Positions 37,501 to 49,500 of a stretch of 64,000 nucleotides of DNA are shown here, one piece after another. Made by a program: the position numbers and the translations under genes. Each line of letters begins with the position of its first letter. The stretch's first letter is position 1. This DNA comes from Gammaproteobacteria bacterium (GTDB lineage: Bacteria; Pseudomonadota; Gammaproteobacteria; JAJFKO01): positions 845 through 64,844 of the forward strand of contig JAJFKO010000059.1 in assembly GCA_021773175.1 (NCBI GenBank), in the 5' to 3' direction. The notes beneath the pieces are model-generated. The model was given only the letters and a program-made list of their open reading frames with translations, was not told the DNA's origin and searched no databases.

Positions 37501-40500
37501 CATCACCTGCATCAGACCATTTACATAAATCACCAGTCTTATATAAACGAACAGCTTGAGTGTTTGTACTAAAGGGATTAGGTATAAAAGACTGCTCGGT
37601 TAAGCTTTTATTATTTAAATATCCACGAGCGACACCCGCGCCACCAATATATAACTCCCCAATCACTCCCTCAGGTACAGGTTGTTGCATTTTATCTAAA
37701 ATATAGAGAGAAACATTCGCTAGCCCTTTACCAAGAGGTAAAGAATATTTTTGGTTATCGTCCCGCTTTAATTCATGTGTTATCGCCCCGATAGTGGCTT
37801 CTGTTGGTCCATAGTGATTGATGATGCGTAACTGAGGACTTAATGCTTGAATCTTTTTTAGTAAACATGGGCTGCTGCTTTCTCCTCCGAGTATTAATAC
37901 TTTCTTAGGCAATAAAGTAGGACCGTCATCAATACTGAGTAATCCTTCTAAATGTGACGGTGTTATTTTAAGACAATCTATATTATGAGTTCGCATATAA
38001 GTTGAGAAAGCTTGTCCATCAAGGCTATATTCATCCGTTAAAAAGTGTAAGGTTCCTGCTGACATTAGAGACATAAATAGAGTGGTATAACCTAAATCTG
38101 CCGCAAGTGTCGAGATATGAACAAAGCTTGTTTCAGAAGAGAATTCTAACCGTCGCTGTAATGCATGAGCATAATTGGTAACATTTTTATGTTCAATCAT
38201 AACTCCTTTTGGCTTACCCGTGGAGCCTGAGGTATAAACAATATAAGCAAGTTTATCTGATTGCACAGATGGTAAGGTCAGTTCTTTATATGAGCTATCT
38301 TGATGCTTGGCAATCTCAAGAATACTTATATATTCTACTTTCGTATGCTCACAAATTTCAGGTAAAGACGCAGGTTCTGCTATTAAAAATTGTGCATGAG
38401 CACTATTTAAAATATTTATCACTCGTTGTGCTGGAAATTTCAGATCAAATGGAATATAGGCAGCACCCGATTTCCAAACAGCAAGCATTGCAACAAGAAA
38501 TGCAACGGAACGTTCTAAAAGGATACCCACAAAAACTTCAGAGTCCTTATCGATGCCCAGAGCACGATGCCTGCTCATTAAATATTTAGCAAGAAGGTCA
38601 GAGCGTTTATCAAGCTCTGCATATGTGAGCTGCGACACAGCATCTACTACAGCTACCGCATCAGGGCAGGTCTGAGTATGGCTTTTCAACGATGCTAAAA
38701 GTGATACGTCCTTTATAGGTTGAGAATCGACTAGACTCCAATCATTTAAAATTAAATCATATTCTCCAGGACTTAATATCTTGTGACAAAGAATAGGTTG
38801 CTTTGGACTAGCTAGTGCTTCTTGTAGCAGCATAGCAAAATGGCCAGCCATATTAGCAATGGTTGACTCACAAAATAACGCTTTATCATAATTTATACTG
38901 CATGCTAATTTATCTTCTTTATCTATAATATCTAATGTTAAGTCAAACTTAGAAACCTTTAAACGTTGAGGATACTCTTCGACTTCGATGTCTGGTAATA
39001 ATAATTCCAATTGTTCGTCTTGTTGTTGCAAAACAAATCTCACTTGAAATAATGGCGTGCGTCGAGTATCACGAACGACCTCAAGTTCATCAACTAAATG
39101 TTCGAACGCAACATCTTGATGGCTATATGCTGCTAGACATGTTGACTTAACACGTTTTACCAACTCAATAAAATTAATATCACCAGACAAATCGCTTCGA
39201 ATCGCCAATGAGTTAATAAAGAAGCCCAGCATTGAAGCAACACTTTCTTGCTTACGGCTCGTGATCGGAGTACCAACAATAATGTCACTTTGACCACTAT
39301 ATCGTTGTAAAAGCATATTAAATGCAGCTAACATTACCATGAACAAGGTACTATCTGTCTCAGAACACAGTAATTTTACTGCCTCAACAATATTTTCATC
39401 CAATTCAAAATTATAGCTCTCACCCTCCGTTTTCTTTATTGCCGGACGAGGATAATCTGTAGGCAAATTCAATATAGGCATATTTGCTAACTGAGTTCGC
39501 CAATAATCAACTTGCTTTAATCTCTGTTCACTCGCTAAGCTTGACTGCTCCCATACCGCATAGTCAGTATATTGATATTGCAGTTCTGGGAGAGTTGGAC
39601 TCTGGTTCTTTATATACGACTGATAGGTTTCACCTAGCTCTTGAAGTAAAATTTGTAATGACCATCCATCCGTAGCAATATGATGATGATTAATTAATAA
39701 AACATAGTTTTTATCTGATAGCAGATAAAGATAAACTTTAATTATTGGCCCTGAACTGAGGTCAAAAGATTGATGAATATCTTTATGCAAAATAGCGTCG
39801 AGCGAGTTATTTTTAACATCCTTTTCAACAAACTCTATATCTACTTTTGCTTTAACAAATTGACGAGGAACACTCTTTTCCATGCCATAATGCGTTCGCA
39901 AAATATCATGCCGAGCTAATAGATAATCAAAACTTTTTTTCAACACAGCGGCATCTAACTCACCAAGCAAACGTATGACATAAGGGACATTATATGTTGA
40001 GCTAGATGAGGACTCATACGCATCTAAAAACCATAATCGCTGTTGCGCAGAAGAGAGCGGGTATGATGACGCCTTCTTTGCTTTTGTTAAAGTTGTTGTT
40101 TCATGTTGTTCTTGTGACACACTCTGATGGTCTTGAATATAACCTGATAATTCTGCGATAGTTTTATGACTAAACAGAATCGCAACGGGACAATCAATAT
40201 TAAAGTTTTTCTGTATTTTTAATGATAATTGTATTGCTAAAAGAGAATGTCCACCTAGTCTAAAAAAGTCATCATAAACACCAATTTTTTCAACAGTTAA
40301 AATATTTTGCCATAACTCTGTTAAGGTCTGCTCGGTTTTATTACGAGGTGCGGTATATTTTGCTTTAGATAATTTCCCCTTGTTTATTTCAGGTAGCGCT
40401 TTGTGATCTACCTTGCCATTAGCTGTAAGTGGTAAACTCTGCATTTTTATAATGACAGTAGGAATCATATGCTCAGGTAATCGCTCAGCTAACCATACTA

Positions 40501-43500
40501 ATAATTCATCAGTATCTAACATCTCAACTTCATTGTTATATACAACATAGGCAACAAGATGTGATGCATCACCAACTTTTGATAATAGTACTACAGCTTG
40601 ACTTACACTATCATGAGACTGTAACTCAGCCTCAATTTCACCTAATTCAACACGAAATCCGCGAATTTTTATTTGAAAATCCGAACGTCCAATATAATCA
40701 ATATTACCATCAGCTAAGCGACGGACAAGATCACCTGTTCTATAAAGTCGTAGATTACGTCCATCCTCAAGTTCCTCAGCTGTTAGAAAAGGATTATTAA
40801 TGAAACGTTCTTGTGTAAGCTCCTCACGATTCAAGTATCCTCGTGCAACACCAATACCACCAAGATATAGCTCACCCGTTATCCCAATAGGAACAGGACT
40901 TTTATCTCTATCTAGTATATAGGCGGTCGTATTTGAAGATGGTTTGCCTATGGGATAATGAGAAAGGCCTTCATGTTTGTCTCTAGAAATATTAAAGCCC
41001 GTTGATAAAGTTGTATTCTCAGAAGGTCCATATAAATTCAGCACTTGTACTTTGTTATTTTCTGGTATCTGTAACAGTTTATCAACAATTGCAGTATTTA
41101 CTGCCTCACCACCAAACATAATATATTTTAAACTAGAGAAAATTGTACTATCAAACAATACATATTCATGAAATAAAGCTGTAGTCATCACGATATGAGT
41201 CATATTATGTTGCGTTATAATATTTTTAAACCGTTCCGGATGTAATAAATCTTGTTTATCTATACAAACCATTGTGGCGCCATTCAGAAACCCAATCCAT
41301 AATTCAAAAGCTGCGACATCTGAGGAAATATTAGCAGCAAAAGCATAAACGTCCCCTTCTTGCATATCTATAAGGTGTTCTTCTTTTGCTAATGCAATGA
41401 CACTCTCATGTTCAATCATCACGCCCTTAGGAAGACCTGTTGAACCAGATGTATAAGAAATATAAGCAAGAGAAGAAGGTTTAGCAATATTAGGAGGTGC
41501 AGATTCAGGGCAGGCAAGAATGTCTGGCATTACTTGTTCAATAATAATAATTTCATTTTTAAGCTCATGTAGGAGCGCTAAAACATTAAATGTTTTTTCA
41601 TTTGTTATTAATAACTCTGCTTTTGTATCGTTTAACATATGTGCTAAACGTGCTTCAGGATAATTGAGGTCAAGAGGAACATATGCTGCTCCTACCTTTA
41701 ATATAGCTAATATAGAAATAATAAGGTCAATACTTCTTTCCATACAAAGAGCAATAAATGTATCAGGTTGAATGGCGACTTTCACTCTATCTTGATAACT
41801 TGTCCGTAAATAATTTGCCATTTGGTTAGCTTGCTTATCTAGCTCTGCATAGGTTAGAGATTTATTCTGATAAACAACTGCGATATTATTTGGATTGCGT
41901 TTCACTTGTTCTGCGAATAGTTCTGTAATATTTTTGGACTTTGGATAATCACTATTTGTCTGATTCCAACCATACAAAAGTTGCTCGCGCTCAATTGATG
42001 TTAACATTGTCAAACTAGCAATATTATCGGTCTTTCTCGTTACGACGTCTTGTAATAGTGAGGTGAAATGCCCTGACATTTGTGAAATCGTCACATTAGA
42101 AAACAGAGCTTTATCATAATTAAACCTACAACCAATTCGATTATTTTTCTCTGTAACACTTAATGTTAAGTCAAATTTTGCAACTTCAAGGCCTTGAGAA
42201 TAATCTTGTACCTCTACCCCAGGTAAGACTAATGTTGATAACTCATCAGCTTGTTCTAAAACAAACATAACTTGAAATAAAGGTGTACGACTTGTATCAC
42301 GCTCAATATTTAGAGTATCAACCAAGTGCTCAAACGCAATATCTTGATGACCATATGCTGATAAGCATGTTGCTTTTATTGTTTTAATATAGTCAATTGT
42401 ACTAATGTTTTCTGTGATATTACTACGAATTGCCAAAGTATTAATAAAGAATCCCAGCATCGTTGCGACACCATCTTGATGACGATTTGCAATGGGCGTG
42501 CCAACAACAATATCATCTTGCCCACTGTATTTATGTAGCAAAAGATTAAAGACTGCAAACAACACCATAAATAAAGTACTATCTGCTTCATCACACAATG
42601 ATCGTACGGACTTAACAAGTTCAGAGTCTAATTCAAAAAAACAGTTAGCCCCATCATATTTTTTCACTGCAGGACGAACATAATCTAAAGGTAATGTTAG
42701 GGTTGGCGCATCCAGTAGCTGTTCTTGCCAATAGCTTATCTGTTCAGAAAACCTTTTACTAATAGAGTTAGACTGCTCCCATGTAGCATAGTCAATGTAT
42801 TGATACTTTTGTTCAGGTAATTCAGGCATCCGCTCTTCAAGCAGTGCAGAGTAATACTCACTCAATTCATTTGTGATAATTTGTAAAGACCATCTATCAG
42901 TAATAATATGATGCTGGTTTATAAGTAGAATAAATTCATTATTGGCTAGAAAATATAAATATACCTTGAAGACAGGGCCATTGGCCAAGTCAAAGGGACT
43001 GTGTATAGCGGTGCGAGTTAATGCTATCGCATTCTTCTCATCCGTATGGATTTCCTCAAAAAAAACGTCGCATTTTTCATCTACACATTGATAGGTGGCA
43101 TCATCCTTAAATCCAAAATAGGTTCGTAATATTTGATGACGTTGTAGCAGAAGTACAAAACTTTGCTTAAGAATAGAAACATTTATTTTACCATGCAAGT
43201 GTACAATATAAGGAACATTGTAGGTTGCAGATGAAGAAGACTCATATGCATCCAGAAACCATAATCGCTGTTGTGCAGAAGAAAGAAGATATGAATCCGA
43301 TTTTTCTGCTTTTGTTATATTAATAATATTGTCTTTCACACTATTTTTATTAATACCACTCTTTATATGGGATGATAAATCAGCAACAGTTTTATACTTA
43401 AATAATATAGCAACGGGACAGTCAACATGGAAATATTGCTGTATTTTTAACGATAATTGCATCGCTAAAATAGAATGTCCACCTAGTTTAAAGAAGTCAT

Positions 43501-46500
43501 CATGAATTCCAACTTGCTTAACATTCAAGACCTCTTGCCATAGGTTTATTAAATTCACTTCCATTTCATCACGAGGTGCAGTATAGATAGATCGCGCTCT
43601 AAATGTATCCCATTCCGGTGCCGGTAATGCTTTCCTATCAAGCTTATCATTGGAAGTTAAAGGCAAGCTATCCAGTCTTATTATAACAGAAGGTACCATG
43701 TATTCTGGTAAGCACTTAGATAACCATGTTTGCAATTTCATGGATATCGCCATTTCTTTATTTATTGATTTTTTATTTAACACCACATAAGCGACTAAAC
43801 ATGCGACCTGATTATTCTCTGATAATATAACTACAGCCTGGCTAACATCTTCGTGTTGTTGTAATTTTGCCTCTATCTCACCAAGCTCTATCCTATACCC
43901 TCGTACTTTTACTTGAAAATCCATTCGCCCAACATACTCTATATTGCCATCAGGTAACCAGCGGCATAGATCTCCTGTTTTGTATAAAAGCAAATTACGC
44001 CCAGCAAGCTTATCTTCAGTACTTACAAATGGATTCGCAATGAAACGCTCGCTCGTCAATTTAGCTCTATTTAGATAACCTCGAGCCAGGCCTTCACCAC
44101 CAATATAAAGTTCTCCAACCATAGCAACAGGCAATAAATTTAAATTTTTATCTAAAACATATAATTGAGTATTAAAAATAGGGCGACCAATCGGCACAAT
44201 AGGTAGCTCATCTGAGCGCTCCTGCCGACAATTATAGATGCTCACTCCAATTGAAGCTTCCGTAGGTCCATAAAAATTATATAACGCAGCATCAAAACAC
44301 TGCGTAAATAACATAGCTAGTTCACTACTTAAAGCCTCTCCAATGACAAAAACTCTAGATAAGGATGTTAATTTCATACTCGCATTATCACGCAAGAAAT
44401 TTTTCACAAATGCATCAAGCATTGTGGGTACAAATTGTAATGTTGTGATTCTTTTTCTGTTAATCAACTCCATAAGATAGTGTGGGTCTTTATGCCCTTT
44501 CGGCTCCGCGATAACCAACTCCGCACCTGTAACGAGCGGCAAAAAAAGTTCCCAGACAGATATATCAAAACTGAATACGGTTGTCTGGAGCACACGATCG
44601 TCAGATGTGAAATTATATGCTCGCTGCATCCAAAGAAGCTCATTAACAATGCCTCTATGCTGCAACATCACACCTTTAGGATTTCCTGTAGAACCAGACG
44701 TATAAATGACATATGCTAACTGCTCAGCAGAAAATGGATCAAGATTATCTATAGGTTCAGCAGCGACCTCTGAGAGCTTCTCACTTATTAAAACTGGACA
44801 CGGAAGCTCATCAATCGAAAAAAGTTGTGATGCAAATTTTTCTTGGCAAAGAATTAAAACTGGCTGACTATCTTTAAGCATATAAGCTATACGTGATATT
44901 GGAAAGTCAGGATCAATTGGCATATATGCAGCATTAACCTGCATAATACTTAAAAGCGTAACGACTAAATCAAGATTACGCTCCATACACACGCCTATTA
45001 TAGAGTCTTTAGAGATGCCTTCCTTATAATGTTTGTGATACGTGTAATGCAATGCATTTGCTTTTAACATAACTTGCTGTTGTAATTCTGCATAGGTAAG
45101 CATTTCATCACGATAGCTTACCGCTATATTTTGGGGAGTTTGCGCTACCTGCTCTGTAAATAGCTCTACTATTGTTTTATCTCGAGGATAGCTTACAGAG
45201 GTGTCATTCCATTCAGTCAAAATCTGGCGACGCTCTTTTGCAGTTAATATATCAAGATTAGCAAGAGGCACTTGGGGATTTGCCAACAGGTTGGTAAAAG
45301 TCCTTTTGAACTGCTTTAAGAGAATGCCAATTGCTTCACTCTTAATTCGATTAGCGTCATATTGAATTTGTACAAATATGCCGTTATTTTTTGTAAAGTT
45401 GAAGCCTAGTGTGAAACTGTTTTTCTCATTGATCTTATAATTAGCAAAATCTGTGGATTGAATATAATCTGGATAATGTTCATAATTTGAAAAGCAATCA
45501 AATAACAAACGTTCATCACTGATATTTGAAAGTTTTTTAATGTCAGTAATACCAATTGCGGCATTGGAATTTACACTATGAATTTTTTGTTGTAATGCCG
45601 ATAAGAGGTCAATAATATTCTTATCATTATCCAGTGTCATGCGTAAAGGCAAGGTGTTAACTAGCAAACCAACAATTTTATCTGATTCCAACACTTCTGG
45701 AGGTCGACCAGAACAGACCATACCGAAAATAATGTCATCTGTATTTGTATATCTTGAAAATAAAGTCATTAATGTCATTTGCAGTAAAGTATTTAAGGTG
45801 ATTTTATAGTCTGCCTTAAATTTCACTGCTTTCTGTAAAACATTTACCGATAACTTCATTGACTTATCTTTAATAACTTTCACACGTTGAGAATGAGAGA
45901 TACCTTCCTTATAGCTAATGAATGGCAGTTGCATAGGAGAATTAAGACCTTCAACTTCAGATTTCCAAAATGCCATTACGCGATCCATGTTACTTGTGTG
46001 TAGCCATCGCAAATAATTATCATAGCTAGTAAGTTTTAAATTCGTATATTTTTCATTATTACAGTAGGCATGGTAGGCAGACATCACCTCTTTTTTAATT
46101 ATAGAAACACTCCAGCCATCCATAGTAATATGATGATGATTCCAAATGAAAACATACTTTTCATCTTCAAGACGAACCAAAAAAAACCGCATAATACAAG
46201 GTTCAGAAAGCATGAAACCCTTCTCTCGGTCATTTTTACATAATTTGCTCAATGCTCGATTGAGATTTTTCTTTGCGCGTTGACGCCAATCTAACACCAC
46301 CCAGGGGATTGTTGTATTCTTGTGAACAATCTGAATAGGCTCTGGTAAATTTTCCCATAGAAAAGAAAGTCTAAACACTGGATATCGCTGAATAATTTCT
46401 TGCCATGCTTGTTTAAAAAGATGAGGTTTACAGCTAGCCTCTAACTCCCATGATATTTGCACGCAATATTCATCAGAGATCGGTCCATAAAGATAGTGAA

Positions 46501-49500
46501 ATAACATCCCTTCCTGTATTGGACTTAAATAAGAAATATTCTCAACCTGATTCTTCTCAAAAATATGGTCTAATGTTTTTTGTGGAAAATCTCGTTTAAG
46601 TAGAAAGTCAGATGGAGTATAATAACGCTGGCTAGTATTGCAACAAGCATTAATAATATTTTCCAAATGAAATTCTAAAAGAGACAATAAATTATTAATT
46701 TCGTCAATTGAATACTGTTTAGTACTTGCATTAATTTGCAAACTAAATTTATCGTCAATAACCCATGATAGAAAATATAAAGAATGGATCGCTCTATTCT
46801 GTGGCGCTACTCTAAAGTTATCTAATGGTGATATCTTTTTATATAATGAGCTTGTTTTGATAACGCTATCAAGTTGTCCAATATAATTAAAGCAAATATT
46901 AAATTCTGGCTCGAAAGAAGCGTTATCATTATTTTGCTGTAAATAACGATACATTCCATAACTAAGTCCATTATCAGGAATATAGTGTAAAATATTTTTT
47001 ATATGCTTAATTAAAGAAAAGTAATCAGTCTCACTCTCAATTAAGCTACAAGGGTTTGTTAGAATAACAGGATACATCGATGTAAACCAACCAACCACAC
47101 TAGATACATCGATATCTTGAATACAATCTTCACGCCCATGACCTTCTAAACATAATCCAATCTTTTCTGTTTTTTGCCATGTACTATACGCAGCCACCAA
47201 GGCTGATAACAAAATATCATTAATATTTGTATTTATAAGCTTGTTGGCATCTTTTAATAACATTGTTGACAGTTTTTTACTTAATGTAAAAGTATAGGTA
47301 CCTGTATCTTCATTATTACTAGCATTATTTTTCTGAGCATGCTCTTGTGGAAAATCTTTCTCTACTGCTTGCCAGTAGTTAATCTCGTTCTCTTGCAGTT
47401 TGCTTGAACAGAACTTTAATAGAGCATCCTGCCAATCAAGAAAAGATTGAGTTTTGGCCGGAAAAGACAACGCTTTATTATCACACTGTAACTCATATAA
47501 AAAAGCAAAATCAGCAAATAAAACATGCCAAGAAATAATATCAACATATAAATGATGGATGGTTATATAAAGAAAATATTCCTTTTTAATATCATCATGT
47601 AATAAGCCTACTTGCAGAATGTCTCCATTCGAAATGTCTAACTGCTTATTCAGCTGACATACTATCTTATCAGTTTTCTGTTTTCTCAACTCTTCATTTT
47701 CTGCAGCAATTAAATGTTCATGTACCGACACATTGAAAATGTTGGTATTATTTTGGTAAGTTTGCAATATGTTACCGTCATCAAATCGAAAGCGTATTCT
47801 AAAAGTGGAGTGCTGCTCTATTAAAGCACAAATGATTTTTTCAACCTCAGGCTTCTTTAATTTAACTTTAGTTTCTAATAAGAAAGCCTGGTTATAATGG
47901 TTTTGGTTTAAAAGTTTTAATGAAAAGAAATGTTGTTGTATCGGTGATAAAGGGATATCACCTTCTTCGCATGAATTATGTATAACTAAATTTTTATTTG
48001 CATTTGTCGACTCTATAAATTTTGCTAGTTTAAAAACAGATGGATTGTCAAACACAAACTGTATTTGCAGACTATATCCTAATCGTCCAGCTCGAGAGAT
48101 AATTTGAATAGCAGAAATAGAATCACCACCCAATTCGAAAAAGTCATCATTTACAGAGATATTATCCAGCCCTAAGACCTCTTTGTAAATTTTTAGTATT
48201 TGTATTTCAATATCCGTCTCTGTATGTCCCTGTACTTCAGCTTTGTGCGTTTTGAATTTTTCTAACAGTTTTTTTCGATCTAGTTTGCCGTTGTTATTTA
48301 AAGGCAACTTTTCTAAAAAGATAATGCTCCCAGGAATCATATATTGAGGCAATATATCTTTTAAGTACTCTTTTATTTGTTGGAGGTCTAGCAGTGTTTT
48401 TTTATTAGTCAAAATAACATATGCGACTAAAACTGTTTTATCATTACGTTTAGCGCCGAGTACAACAGCATTTTTTATATCAGGATGAAGATTAAGAGCA
48501 TGTTCTATCTCTGTCAGCTCAACACGATAGCCTCGAACTTTAAGCTGGTAATCTTGACGCCCAATATACTCCACATTATTATCGGATAATACTCTAACAA
48601 GATCTCCAGTTTTATAAGCTCGCGTGGAGCCTTTCAAAAAGACACTATCTATAAAGGACTTTTTAGTTTCTTCTGGATTCTTCAAATAACCTCTCGCGAC
48701 ACCGTCTCCGGAGAGATATAACTCGCCAATCTCTCCTGATTTAACGGGTTTACGCTCTTCATCAAGCACATAAGCCTGCATACCATTTAAAACTTTACCA
48801 ATAGGAAGTGACTCTAAATATTTATTACCCTTTGTAAATGTAAAAGCCCCAATCGTTGTTTCCGTGGGGCCATAATGATTAATGATTTTTAATTTTGGCG
48901 ACAAATTGTGTAGCTTCATCAAAAGCTGTGGAGATGCGACCTCACCACCTAAAATTAATTGCTTATTAGGTAAAATTGCTTGTGGATTTTCACAATCCAA
49001 TAATACATTTAGATGAGAGGGGACTATTTTTACAACATCAATAGAGTGAGCATCCATTGTTTGTGCAAAAAGCATGGGATTATATGTTTGCTCTTCTGTT
49101 ATTAAAACTAATGTGTTAGCAGAACAAAGTGCCAGAAAAATATTGGTATAGCCTAAATCAGCATAAACTGGAGATAGATTTGCAAATTTCCCGCCTGGTT
49201 TTAATTTTAAAATGTCAGAAATAGCATTAATGTAATGGTTCAAATTTTGATGTTCAATCATCACGCCCTTAGGTTCACCCGTTGAACCAGAGGTATAAAT
49301 CACATAAGCCAAACTATCTATCGGTATGGTTATGTCCGGTGAGACATTTAAATTTGATTGTTCTCCATCATTTTTTTGAAGGTTCTCTATATACTCTACT
49401 TGACAATCTGCTAGAAAAGCTGAATTTTCATATTGATTACTTGTTAGCGCCAGCTTACATTCTGCTTGTTGTATTATAAAATCTAATCTTTGCTTTGGAG

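Noticed and set aside
35404-49479. Multiple 60-130-aa plus-strand ORFs inside the NRPS gene
   Set aside because: All antisense to a 15-kb ORF with continuous domain homology.
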